Of a DNA stretch of 64,000 nt, positions 33,241-43,581 are shown in pieces. This DNA is from Dudresnaya verticillata. Its lineage: Eukaryota. The DNA lies in the NCBI GenBank assembly GCA_977862235.1, contig OZ374566.1, positions 682,001 to 746,000 on the forward strand. Reading direction: 5' to 3'. The notes beneath the pieces were generated by a model. It worked only from the letters and a program-made list of their open reading frames with translations, had not been told where the DNA came from and did no database searches. Position numbers and translations under genes: made by a program. Each line of letters opens with the position of its first letter. The first letter of the stretch is position 1.

Positions 33241-35727
33241 ATGGAAGAAGGAGATTATTTCGGTGATGTTACGCTTCCGCTCCACGAAGAAGAGGAGGAC
33301 GCCGCCAACGACCTAACTTTCGGCGACATCGGTGACATTAAGGCTGGAGACGATTCGGATGCTGCGTGGAACCCGAACCATCAGACGTTGTCCTCAAGGA
33401 TAGAGGCAGAAAAGGAAGCTCTCCTTCGCAAGCGCCACCTTCCCGATCCGGCCCAGCCTCCGCAACCAAACTTCCAAAATACGGGTAAGAGCCCTCTTCA
33501 CTCCACTTCCCACCCCATTCCCCCCGTTGGACATGAGGAGAACAATCTTACTCCATGGGAAATGCTGAAACAGTCCGTCGCGCCTGCCCAATCCCCTGCT
33601 CAGAGCTCGACGCAGGCTGCTCCAGCGCGTCCTGAGCCCGTCCTCGTTCAGCCTTTAGCACAGCCGGATACCGCTCGTCCATTACCGTTGCATACCCAGC
33701 AAGTGTATCCTCAAACAATGCAGCAACCTGTACATTCTGCAATTCCGCAAGCCCTCCACCAACCAGCTCACCAGCATGTGCATGTACAGCCACCCGTGCA
33801 CCAGGCGCGTCTACCGCAGCACCCCAGTCGGCGACCCACGCCTGAAGAGTATCACAGATATCTGATTGCGTGTACTCAGCAGCAGACATCAGTTTTGCTT
33901 CAGCAACACGAGGAACGGAGGGAGAAACAGTTGATAACAGCAGAGCGTGCACAACAAGCAGGGGCAGCATTTGATAGGGAGCAGTTTGAATTGCATCAAG
34001 AGAGAACTCGGCAGGCGATTATCTCAGACCACTACGAACGACTACATCGAATTCGATACCAACTCGTGGTGTATCACCACTCTCAGCAGGCTGCACAGCA
34101 GCATGTTGAAGTGCCGACTGGACAAGTTCAAGCTCTTGACCTGCAACGCAAGATCAATGGGGCTGCCTCTCCACGTACAGGAGTGCAGCAGCCTCCAGGA
34201 CTCGATGCTGATCAGTCTCAGGGTAGGGCTGCTTCAATGAATGGTGAAAGTGGGGCGGACATGTGTAGGGGAAGAAGCACGGATCCCGTTCAGGCCCGAC
34301 GAGGATTCTCGTCTGCCGGCTCTAGAGTGAAGCATCTGCGGGATGAGGAAATTGAGAATGACCCTCGAATGCGCGAAATAGAGCGGCAGATGGCAGCAGC
34401 TGGACTAGGTCCCTCTCGACGCGGAGGTCGTCAAAGTGCTTTTGGCGCCTCGGCTAGGGAGATACGAAGCGGGGGAAGCCAAACAACAAGCAAATCTGCT
34501 CGACGCCTCGAGTCCATGACGGATAGGGATCAGGAACTTGTCTTCAGAGCGCATTTACGGCAGATCGAAACATCGTCTGTTTACCGCGATGATTATTACA
34601 ATTCAGTCATGATGAAGAAGGGAAGGCCTGGTGCCGGCGAGATCTTTTCGGATCTATCTGACAGGGTCCATTCGATGCGAATCCGTGGAAAGGAACGCTC
34701 TGGCACGAGACCGATACGGATACGTGGTTCGAAGCGTGCGAATGGGAATGCAGATGAGCAATTGCCAGGTTCCTCGCCCCCGCATTCTGACCACAACATG
34801 CGCGCACTTGCGAACGCACTTGGGACGGTTCAGTCATGGAACCCTCGCGCGCCCCGTCGTGTAATGGATTTCAGTTTATTGGAGAAAAGAGAACCGACAG
34901 ATGAAGATGGCCCCCAGAAGTCACTCAGAGAAGATGAGCGCGTGCATGTGCGACAAGAGATAGAAAGAGGGTACGACATTATGGCTACGATTCATGACAT
35001 TGCCCGGGGTGAGAATCAAGTACAGACTCTTGCACAGACTTCGGAAGAACTCATGTCGACTCTTCACCTTTCAGAAAAGAGAGAAGACGAGGATGGAAAA
35101 CTGCGGGATCACCACGAAAGCTCAAGGTTTTTTGCAACAATGTGTGTCATTCCGAAAGGCCGAAGGTACCTTGCACTGGTTCTAGAACTTCTTTATGGCG
35201 GCGACAAAGTACGCGTTATGTCAGCCATCTTTGAGAACCTAGGGATGTTGGTTTTCGCATCAAAAAAGGCAAGAGGGGGTGATAGTGTGGATGGCAGTGC
35301 AGAGCACAACCTATTCATGGTGATGACGAAGATTGTGCAGGATCCAGACCTTTCGACACAGGATTGCTTGCATTTGTTCGATTCCTTTAGCTTCTCTCAT
35401 GTGCCTCATCGTGATGCTTTCCTGACGTCGTTCAGAAGTGCACTGGGATCGAGATTGATATTCCTTTGCATGCAACGAATTTCAGCCGGTCTTGCCAAGC
35501 ATAAAGTTGCTGAAGAAGATCTATCCTTATTGCACGTCGGGCAATTTGCAGACATGTTCACAGAGTCACTTCAAGATATATTTGATGGGGCTGAATCAGA
35601 AAGCAGGGTTTGGGAGGTTGTGGCTAGCCTAGATGCATTGGCCACAGGCGAAAGCAGGGCAAGATATCGTTCAACACTTAATAAGCTCCTTCGCTCAGGG
35701 GCTGTACCGCAACCGCCAGCACGATAA
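33241..35727 (+). CDS. PAT1: PAT1 homolog (mRNA decapping activator)
   Basis: N-terminal acidic 'ANDLTFGD', a Pro/Gln-rich region, 'MTDRDQELVFRAHLRQI...YRDDYY', 'LGTVQSWNPRAPRR' and a helical C-terminal domain with 'IPKGRR'. Confidence 0.88.
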   Translation: MEEGDYFGDVTLPLHEEEEDAANDLTFGDIGDIKAGDDSDAAWNPNHQTLSSRIEAEKEALLRKRHLPDPAQPPQPNFQNTGKSPLHSTSHPIPPVGHEENNLTPWEMLKQSVAPAQSPAQSSTQAAPARPEPVLVQPLAQPDTARPLPLHTQQVYPQTMQQPVHSAIPQALHQPAHQHVHVQPPVHQARLPQHPSRRPTPEEYHRYLIACTQQQTSVLLQQHEERREKQLITAERAQQAGAAFDREQFELHQERTRQAIISDHYERLHRIRYQLVVYHHSQQAAQQHVEVPTGQVQALDLQRKINGAASPRTGVQQPPGLDADQSQGRAASMNGESGADMCRGRSTDPVQARRGFSSAGSRVKHLRDEEIENDPRMREIERQMAAAGLGPSRRGGRQSAFGASAREIRSGGSQTTSKSARRLESMTDRDQELVFRAHLRQIETSSVYRDDYYNSVMMKKGRPGAGEIFSDLSDRVHSMRIRGKERSGTRPIRIRGSKRANGNADEQLPGSSPPHSDHNMRALANALGTVQSWNPRAPRRVMDFSLLEKREPTDEDGPQKSLREDERVHVRQEIERGYDIMATIHDIARGENQVQTLAQTSEELMSTLHLSEKREDEDGKLRDHHESSRFFATMCVIPKGRRYLALVLELLYGGDKVRVMSAIFENLGMLVFASKKARGGDSVDGSAEHNLFMVMTKIVQDPDLSTQDCLHLFDSFSFSHVPHRDAFLTSFRSALGSRLIFLCMQRISAGLAKHKVAEEDLSLLHVGQFADMFTESLQDIFDGAESESRVWEVVASLDALATGESRARYRSTLNKLLRSGAVPQPPAR

Positions 35728-35814
35728 GGAAACGGACACACTTGTTGGGCTTAAACCTACTCTGTTCAGAAGCTGTTTAATGTAGTTTGTACAGATACGC
35801 AGCGCAATAGCTCG

Positions 35815-36600
35815 CTAAGAAAACAATGACTCGTCGCCAACACCGACAACCTCTGGCTGGGCAGATAAGGCCCCAGCATCCTCACTGTCCCCGCCGAACA
35901 AAGACGCATCGCCTGGAGTAACATCCTTCTCGGCTTGGGCAGCGTCCGCTACCGCGTCGTCCTCATTATCCGATCCAATATAATCACTAATAGGCTTGAG
36001 GCTCTCATCAACAGCGTTCTCATCGTCCACGAAGATGTCCGAGTTGGCCTGGAATAGCTCGCGACCGGTGAGACCCTGGCCCCTAGAACGCTCTGCCTTG
36101 GACATCTTTTTCAAAGCGACAGCCTTCTCTGCGTCCATCTTCTCCTTCCTCTCCTTATCCTTCTCAGCCTTCCAGACTGAGAAAAGCTCCAGTGTGACAG
36201 GGGTCCTAGTCTTGAGCTTGACACGCTCTTCCTCAATCTGATCTTCCACTGGGAGGTTTGCAATACGAATACGCTCGCGCTCAGCTTCTTCCTCGAGACG
36301 CTTTTTCTCTGCTTCCTCTGGCGAAATCTTCTTCGGCTTCTCCTTCACGGGCTGGCTCATGAGCTCAAGCTCTGCAAGGCGGGCGGCCATCATGGCGACG
36401 CGAGCGGAGCTCGCGGCGGATGCTCCGCCGCCTCCAGCATTCCGCCGCTTCGGCCCATCCACCTTCTGGCTGGCCTGTTTCTTGACGGTCTCGACATATT
36501 GCTGGACCTTCTTACTCTTCTTCTTATTCTTGAGCCCGAAGGTCTTGTCCTCGACGATCTTTTTCTTCTGCTCCTCGGCCTTCTTCTTCTTCGGTGGCAT
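35815..36600 (-). CDS. DFRP1/ZC3H15/TMA46-like protein lacking CCCH fingers
   Basis: MPPKK...IVEDKTFGLKNKKKSKKVQQYV N-terminus and DFRP domain 'EDQIEEER.KL...TPVTLE.F..WK...GLTGRELF'. Confidence 0.88.
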   Translation of the reverse strand: MPPKKKKAEEQKKKIVEDKTFGLKNKKKSKKVQQYVETVKKQASQKVDGPKRRNAGGGGASAASSARVAMMAARLAELELMSQPVKEKPKKISPEEAEKKRLEEEAERERIRIANLPVEDQIEEERVKLKTRTPVTLELFSVWKAEKDKERKEKMDAEKAVALKKMSKAERSRGQGLTGRELFQANSDIFVDDENAVDESLKPISDYIGSDNEDDAVADAAQAEKDVTPGDASLFGGDSEDAGALSAQPEVVGVGDESLFS

Positions 36601-37372
36601 GGTGGTAGAGGAAAGGGGGGGGGGGGGGGGGGGGCGGCGCGGTTGGTTGAGCGGCGCGGGGAGCCCTCGCTGACGTGTGTCGGAGGGACGTACGAGGGGA
36701 ACGGCGAGGAGACGGATGCCCTGTTTTCGAAGCCTCAGGGCTGCGCTGTACGATTCGTAGCCTGCAGCTTGTAGCGAAAAGCAGTCCGGTAAGAGTGCCA
36801 CGTGCAGCAGAACACGGTCGGTGCGAGGGCACCGGCAGTCTGTGGGAGGCTGCGTGTTTGATGCCTAGCGTCTTACAGTTGCCGGTCGAGGTCGTGTGTA
36901 AGACATCAAGTGCGGGGACAAACAAGCTTCAATTTCAATTGCGAAGGAACAGAAACAATTGGAATGATAGCAACAATTGACACACAATGCATTGCTGGAT
37001 TGCCCGTTGCGTCACCAATGGCGTGCTGTGACATCACGCCGCTGACAAGGGATCAGGCAGCTGATTTGAACCTTCAAAACATATGATAACGGATCAAATG
37101 CGCGGCCCTGTGTGTCCGCCGCCGGGCACGCCGGCGAGCCGCCAGCATCGACCGTTTCGACGCGCGCCAAACCGGTCCGCTGTGCGCCAATTCGCATTCC
37201 CACATCTGCTCTTCACGAGTGCGGCTTGCACCCACCGCCTGCCCCTCAGATCCCGCCCCATACATCCACCGCCCCGCACCGCCCGCCCGCCCTCCCCCCC
37301 GCGTCATCCTCCCAACAAAGCAGAAGATCTGCTTTGCGGTGAACACGCAACCTTCCGCCCGAGCCCTGCACC

Positions 37373-38689
37373 ATGCCCCCGCGCAAGAAGCAGAAGACCA
37401 AGCAGACCCAGACGCGCGCCGCGCGCTCCGTCACCGCAGAGAGCCCCAAGCCCGCTTCCGCTGACGCGCGCCCGTCCGTGAAACCGGCCGGCTCGAAACC
37501 TGCTGCCTCGAAGCCCGCAGCGGCGAAGCTCGCGGCGTCGAAGGGCCGGACTACGAAGGCCGCGGCTTCGAAGGCGGCGACCGTGACGAAGCCCATGGCG
37601 TCTAAGGCTGCGGCCGCGACGAAGCCCATGGCGTCTAAGGCTGCGGCCGCGACGAAGCCCGTGGCGTCTAAGGCTGCGGCCGCGACGAGGCCCGTGGCGT
37701 CTAAGGCTGCGGCCGCGACGAAGGCCGCGGCGCAGAAGGCAGCAGCCGTGTCGAAGGCCGCGACGTCGAAGGCCCCTGCAAAGCAAACCAGGAAGCGCGC
37801 CGCACCGCAGGCGATTTACGAAGATGCCTGGAAGGAGGTCTACCTGGCTGGCACAGAGTGGGACCAGATGCAGCTTGTATACAGCATTGACTGGGATTTT
37901 GATCATCTCGACGACGCACTCACCGACGGTGAACTGACCGGGAACAAGGTGCATCTCTTCGGTGCCACTGAGCCGCAGCTTATCATGCGAGACGAGAAGG
38001 ACACGAAGGGTGACGTCATCCCCGTCCCGGTCATTGTCGCCGTTTTGTCTGAGGTCCCGCCGCCAGCCACCGTCGGGCTGCAGTCTGTCCAGCGTGCCTC
38101 TGAGGAGATTGTACCGATGTCAGACGTCCGCATGGGGTGGCATGCATACGCACCTGACAACGTTGCGCTTTCTAGGCGCTTCCAACCAAATGTTTATGTG
38201 CTGAAGTGCAACGAACGGAAAGCCCGCCTGCGCAATATGAAGGAGGAGGCAGTGCATAAGTATGATTACGTCTTGCCCTATTTCATTAGGCCGGACCAGG
38301 TTGAGGATGTCACGGTCAACACAGAGGTTCAGGTTTTGGTCGAGCTGGAGGGCAGGAGCGCCCCTCTGATGTGTGAGTATGACTATGAAATGGATGACTT
38401 CGATGAGTTCATTGAGGAGCAAATCAAGGAAAATGACCTCGACGCTGCGAAGCATGCCGAGCCGTTGAAGAAGGCTGTGAAGGAGGCTGAGAAGGCCACT
38501 AAGCTCAAGTACCGGCAAGAGCGACTGCAGCGGAAAAAGCGCATTGATGCAATCAACCCCGAGGAACGTGAAGCCATCAAGAAGATGAGGCTTATTAAGT
38601 ACTACCCACAAGGCGACTGGCCGGATGTATCGAAGGTTAAGTCTCCGTTCATAAACCGATACTATGGTAAGGCCAATGAAGTGTTGTGA
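37373..38689 (+). CDS. HIT4: HEAT INTOLERANT 4 (HIT4)-like protein with Lys/Ala-rich N-terminal repeats
   Basis: EDAWK..Y.AGTEWDQ, WDFDHLDDAL, LFGATEPQL, VG.QSVQR..EEIVPM..M.W, YDYVLPY and KYYPQ...KSPFINRYYGKA. Confidence 0.85.
   Translation: MPPRKKQKTKQTQTRAARSVTAESPKPASADARPSVKPAGSKPAASKPAAAKLAASKGRTTKAAASKAATVTKPMASKAAAATKPMASKAAAATKPVASKAAAATRPVASKAAAATKAAAQKAAAVSKAATSKAPAKQTRKRAAPQAIYEDAWKEVYLAGTEWDQMQLVYSIDWDFDHLDDALTDGELTGNKVHLFGATEPQLIMRDEKDTKGDVIPVPVIVAVLSEVPPPATVGLQSVQRASEEIVPMSDVRMGWHAYAPDNVALSRRFQPNVYVLKCNERKARLRNMKEEAVHKYDYVLPYFIRPDQVEDVTVNTEVQVLVELEGRSAPLMCEYDYEMDDFDEFIEEQIKENDLDAAKHAEPLKKAVKEAEKATKLKYRQERLQRKKRIDAINPEEREAIKKMRLIKYYPQGDWPDVSKVKSPFINRYYGKANEVL
37585..37725 (+). 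repeat. 33-bp coding tandem repeat (TKP[M/V]ASKAAAA) x~4.3
   Basis: Units gacga[a/g]gccc[a/g]tggcgtctaaggctgcggccgc at 37585, 37618, 37651, 37684 and a partial at 37717. Confidence 0.9.
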
Positions 38690-38916
38690 AGAGATTGGCG
38701 CGATTCTGCAAACAGTTTGTAGATGGATGGGTCATTTTGATTTGACAACCTTATAACTCCGAAGGTCCTTAGAACCTACCACCTGACTGCAAGTGCTCTC
38801 AACCGCGAAGGAAGCAATGTCCAATGTCCGTGCAACAAGGACGGCTGAATTATTCGCTCTTTCATAACTCAAGGTCCAATCAGGGAATGTTTGATGCCCG
38901 TTGTAACTTTAATAGC

Positions 38917-41082
38917 CTACCCTGTCTCAGTTTTGTTCCTGGCCTGGCGAAGGCGGTCCCTTTCGTAAATGGCTTTTCTCGTGTCTTCTTCCTCTTGTTC
39001 TGCAGTCTTCTCAGCTAATAGGGTTTCTGGCTGTGTGCTTTTGTAAGCTGTTGTGAATATCGGATCTTTCTTTGCAACTTCAGCATATCTCAGGATTGCT
39101 TCACGAGGGTCACGGCTCCACTCCTGATTCACCTCACTTGCCGAAAGATGCTTTGCAAGGCTGACGGACGATTTTTGTTGGAGAGCTCCAGGCCCGGTAA
39201 ACGGTTTCGGCTTCATTGCTTCAGAGATCTCTCGTCGCCTTCGTTTTGATACCATCTGATTCTCGGTTGAGGAACCTTCTGCTGTTGTGTGGTGTTTACT
39301 CCTTCCCGCATATCGTTCATAAATGGCAGATGCTGGCATCGCCTCGCCCACCCCTACAGAAGCAACACCATCGGCCTTTCGGAAATCGCTCCTCGCCAGA
39401 CAGCTTAAGACTCCGCGGCGGCTTTCTCTTTGGTGATAGAGAATTCTAACCTTCCCGTCTGCGCATCCATACATGATTTGGTTGATGCTTCTGTGCCACA
39501 GCGTGAATACAACACTCCCAATGGTCTCTTCCGTATCACTCTTCCAAACGTGGCGAAGTGTCTTAGTCTCAAACAGCCTTAAACTTCCTCTCATTCCACT
39601 CTTTTTGCGATTAGCACTTGTCCCAGTGGCAAAATACTCCGCTCCGTCACCAACAAAGCAAGCGTTAGTTTCCGCTACAGCGTTTGGTAGATCACTGAAC
39701 TCCTTCATGGGAGTCTTCAGTTTCCTGTAATCAAATACTCTCAAGTAATCATCCGTTGATCTAACCAAGACAAGTGGTGAAGGACATGTCTGAGGAGAAG
39801 TGATAATGGAGGTAGCCTCTGTCCCAGGACGGAGAACTACATCACTTTCGTCTACCGGCCGCATCGAATACGCATCTGGATTGACCATCCTTATCCTTCC
39901 ATCGCTGCATGCAACTAAACACGACTTTCCGTCTCGCGTCCAGTCCATGGCAGTTGCCGAAACTCTGCCCCCCTTCGCTGACCGAAGCTTGATGACCTTC
40001 TGTTGAGAAACTATTGGATTGTCCACCATTGGTTTCTTCGAGATACGCGTAACATCCCATAAACGAATAGTAGTATCTGCAGCTGTTGTACCGATTACCT
40101 TCCCGTCCCACTGTTCCCCTGGCCTCCATTTCGCAGAGAGGACATTTCCAGTGTGCCCCTTTGTTTGAGCCATGTCCACTATGTACATATCACCCTTCGC
40201 TGTCTCTGAGACTACCCGGCCTTCTCTATCCATAACAACAGTCGTATTTCCTCCACCAGCGCATAGTAGCAACCCTCCAGTTGGTGCACACTGCATCATT
40301 TGTATCGGGGCTTCGTTCAATGGCCTTACGGACCTGAACGGTTGCATAGACTTATTCATAGCATTGAAGTCCCACAGCTTCACAGTTGAGTCCAACGAGC
40401 CAGTTAGGAAACGATTTCCAGCACGGTCAATGGCAATGCACGTCACATGCGAGTCGTGAGACGCCCCCAGTGTTGCTTGGTTCTGGACCGGTGCAGTGTC
40501 GAGAGGATGCCCCGCATCCCAAGGAGAAGATTCCCCTGGAACTGACGGCCCTAAAGGCGCATCGCTTGAGCTGCCGTCTGAGGCAGAGTCGTCGTCGCTA
40601 GAGTCGTCGATTATCTTTGGATCTATCAAGGGCCCTTCTTTCTTCGGCCTCTCTAGCAATTTAAAACGGTTCGGTTTTGAGGAGCTACTCCTCATGGTCG
40701 CGGGATGTTCTAGATTCCCCTGTGGCGACTGCGGATGCGGGTCTTCTTCTAAATTGTGGGAACCTTTAGCAGAGGCATAGTCATGTCGTACGCAATCCCT
40801 ATCCTCCAAATCCCGGTCTAGTGACCTGGGTCGTTTGGCCACGACAGGCACACGTGCAGCATCTCGCTTCTTTCTCGACGCGTACTGAACATACCTCTCA
40901 CTGTTTCGGAGTCTCTGCAATTCTGCTTCCTCTGAGAGCTGGTCAGGGTTATCATCTTCTGCTTCACCAGCTATAACGGCAGTTACAGCCTCCTCGGCAG
41001 CAGCATCCGCACAGAAGCTTGCCAGATTTCGCCGCTGCTTTTCCAACCGCTCTTGGTCAGAATTGTCTTCATCCGAAAACAT
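38917..41082 (-). CDS. WDR70: WD repeat-containing protein 70 (GAD-1 homolog)
   Basis: VKLWDF.AM...PFRS, KGDMYIVDM..TKGH, S.RG and DPREAILRYA...AY..TQP. Confidence 0.92.
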   Translation of the reverse strand: MFSDEDNSDQERLEKQRRNLASFCADAAAEEAVTAVIAGEAEDDNPDQLSEEAELQRLRNSERYVQYASRKKRDAARVPVVAKRPRSLDRDLEDRDCVRHDYASAKGSHNLEEDPHPQSPQGNLEHPATMRSSSSKPNRFKLLERPKKEGPLIDPKIIDDSSDDDSASDGSSSDAPLGPSVPGESSPWDAGHPLDTAPVQNQATLGASHDSHVTCIAIDRAGNRFLTGSLDSTVKLWDFNAMNKSMQPFRSVRPLNEAPIQMMQCAPTGGLLLCAGGGNTTVVMDREGRVVSETAKGDMYIVDMAQTKGHTGNVLSAKWRPGEQWDGKVIGTTAADTTIRLWDVTRISKKPMVDNPIVSQQKVIKLRSAKGGRVSATAMDWTRDGKSCLVACSDGRIRMVNPDAYSMRPVDESDVVLRPGTEATSIITSPQTCPSPLVLVRSTDDYLRVFDYRKLKTPMKEFSDLPNAVAETNACFVGDGAEYFATGTSANRKKSGMRGSLRLFETKTLRHVWKSDTEETIGSVVFTLWHRSINQIMYGCADGKVRILYHQRESRRGVLSCLARSDFRKADGVASVGVGEAMPASAIYERYAGRSKHHTTAEGSSTENQMVSKRRRREISEAMKPKPFTGPGALQQKSSVSLAKHLSASEVNQEWSRDPREAILRYAEVAKKDPIFTTAYKSTQPETLLAEKTAEQEEEDTRKAIYERDRLRQARNKTETG

Positions 41083-41431
41083 GCCTGTGATGACCGTTAG
41101 CAGGATATCCGAGCACCTGCCAACAGGATTTCTCAGCGACAGCCAAGGATTGCTACCGTACGTTTTCTCCTACCAAGCGCCTTGGAATTGTCTGTCGTCT
41201 TGGTTAGGAAATTTCTCTACAGTAGTGACTGATTAACCCTCACAGTACAGTATGTGCTTCCCGCAACATGTACCTTCGAGGGAACGGATGGCAAGTTCAA
41301 GCAGAGAGTAGGGGCCCGACCACAGCTTGATCCTCATATTTAGAGCCCAAAAAAATGCATGGAAAAACAGCCCCTCTCAGACATTTGATCACCACCCCGT
41401 TTACTTTCTCGCGACCGACTCGCGGCCGGAG

Positions 41432-42234
41432 TCAGCAGGAACCAGGCTCAACCGTAACTGCCTTTGAGGATGCGCCAGGACAAGTCCAATATTCATCTGC
41501 CAAAAGGCTGTCACTTTCATCAATATCCGTAATAATTTTGGAGGTTGTAACAGTATTGAAGTCACTGTAACCAATTCGTGCTCGAAAACGCTGACCTCGG
41601 AGCACCAGACCCGCCCACAGAGCGAAGTCAGGCCAAGCTTTCTGCAGTGAAACGCAACAGGAATAGAAGCGCCAAGACGTAAGCGCGCAAGTCAGCACGT
41701 AGACGGGAAAATAAGTTCTGATCTGACAAGCATCTTCATCGCGCCCTTACCGCAAATGGAATCCCCTTCTCGACAAACCAGGTGCACGGTGGATGGAACT
41801 CATCACAAAGAGCTGGGACAGAACTGACGGCGAAAGTCTCATAAACGTGCATTTCAATAAACAACTCCGGTTTGCATTCGAAACTGAAGAGCACCAGGCC
41901 AATCTTAGAAATCTGATCTGGTTTCAGAGCCACGCCAGTCTCCTCGGCCATTTCTCGCAATGCCGACTCTTCTATAGTCTCGCCTGGCTCAAGCTTGCCA
42001 CCAAAGCCGGTCCACTTACCTTGCCCAAAGCCGCGAGCCTTTTGAGCAAGCAAAATGGAATTATCTATGCGCCGGCGTGGAATTACTGTGTGGAGAGAAG
42101 CCACCAAGTGTTGTTAGAGACATCAAACTGGTTTGTACTTCAAGGCTACGTCCCAAGCTCGAAAACCTACCTAAGTTGCACTTCAACGGCTGTGCCCTTG
42201 GTGCACCCGCCGACAGGCTGGAGCTGCCCGGCAT
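41432..42234 (-). CDS. NUDT1: MTH1/NUDT1-like Nudix hydrolase; 3 exons: 42234(or 42297)-42171, 42085-41751, 41641-41432
   Basis: LLAQKARGFGQGKWTGFGGK and Nudix box GGKLEPGETIEESALREMAEETG. Introns 42086-42170 (GTAGGT..CTAAC..CAG) and 41642-41750 (GTAAGG..GCTGAC..CAG) give 'IPFA|KAWPD'. Confidence 0.88.
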
Positions 42235-42758
42235 CTCACTTATGACAGTGATAGAGTCAGATCTTTTCTTCACAGGCCTTTTCTGCTTCCAGCTCATGAT
42301 AGCAAAGGTCCTTGTAGCAGAAGGCACACCTGAGAAGCAAGTTTGGAAAACTCGGACAAGCGAGATGATCTTCTGTACCGAGGGTAGCGCTAAAGGGGGA
42401 CTTGCTGTACGCTACGGGAAAGCAAAACTCTGGAATCTGGCCACTTGGCGCTCATTGGATGTGGACCCTTCTGGGGCCATACAAAAACTCGACAAGTGTC
42501 CTAAATAGTCTCGCGTCTTCCTTTTTGGCGGGAAGGCAGGATACTCAAAAAGAGGTGATCACTCCTGGTCGACCAATTTCATGAGCAGCAACGTAGGCAG
42601 AGAGCAGCACGAGTTCTTCCGCTACACGTGCACCTTTCGCCAACCCTACTGCTCCCTCCCCCTTCAGCATCGCAGCATCGAAAACCACCCCAGCAACAGA
42701 GAGCGCAGAAGCGAAGGGTGAAATTTGTCCAAGCTAGCACGTTAGTTTCCGCAGCAAT

Positions 42759-43499
42759 ATGGCGGCCAGCAGCCCCCCGCAGGCGGATGACGCCCCCTTC
42801 TACTTTGGGTCTATGGCGTTGTCCGAAGAGACAGGAAGGCAGGTAGTGGCTTCTGGAAACCAAGCTTCTGACCCAGGAGAAGGTCCGAGTGTGCTAAACG
42901 AAGCCATCGACATCCTGCGCATGACGTCACTAAGCGAACATTTCTGCCCGGAGATCCTCCCATACGCGCCGAACACGGTAGATGTAATCCGCAGCCTTGT
43001 GAGCCAACAAACAGAAGATGTGGATGAAGAAGAAGACGAAAACGGGGACGCATTCTCGTTCGAGGCGCAGCTGAAGCGGATGGAGATCGACCGCATCAAC
43101 TACCTGCTGCGCGATTATCTGCGAGTTCGCATCAAGAAGATTGAGAAGTCGATTCATTTCATCTTCAAAGACACCGGCACATACGACTTACTTTCGAAGG
43201 ATGAGAAAACCTTCGCTATTGGCTTTATGGACCTTACTGAGGACCATTTCAAGAAGTCTTTCCTTCACCAGCTCCCGAAGCGATCGCAGGTCCTGGATAA
43301 GGACGGCCACATCGACCCTTCTTCTGGCCCCGACCTGAACAAGTTCGTCTTTTGTCGCGTGAAGAATTCCGTGGGAAACTACGCAGTGGGGGAAGAAGCG
43401 TCCGATGAGGCCTTCGATCTTGACCAAGGGAACATTCTCTGCATTCGATACAAAAGTATTCAACAGCTGTTGAAAAGCGAAGACGTCGAACTCATTTGA
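42759..43499 (+). CDS. SLD5: GINS complex subunit SLD5 (GINS4)
   Basis: E..CPEILPY, MEIDRINYLLRDYLRVRIKKIEK, PDLNKFVFCRV and IRYKSIQQLL...VELI. Confidence 0.95.
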   Translation: MAASSPPQADDAPFYFGSMALSEETGRQVVASGNQASDPGEGPSVLNEAIDILRMTSLSEHFCPEILPYAPNTVDVIRSLVSQQTEDVDEEEDENGDAFSFEAQLKRMEIDRINYLLRDYLRVRIKKIEKSIHFIFKDTGTYDLLSKDEKTFAIGFMDLTEDHFKKSFLHQLPKRSQVLDKDGHIDPSSGPDLNKFVFCRVKNSVGNYAVGEEASDEAFDLDQGNILCIRYKSIQQLLKSEDVELI

Positions 43500-43581
43500 G
43501 CAGTCGAGCTCATTCGAGCAGTTCGGTTCGCAGCACTTTCCAAACTGCACCTGCTGTGCTTCACGTACCCGAAAAGGTGCA

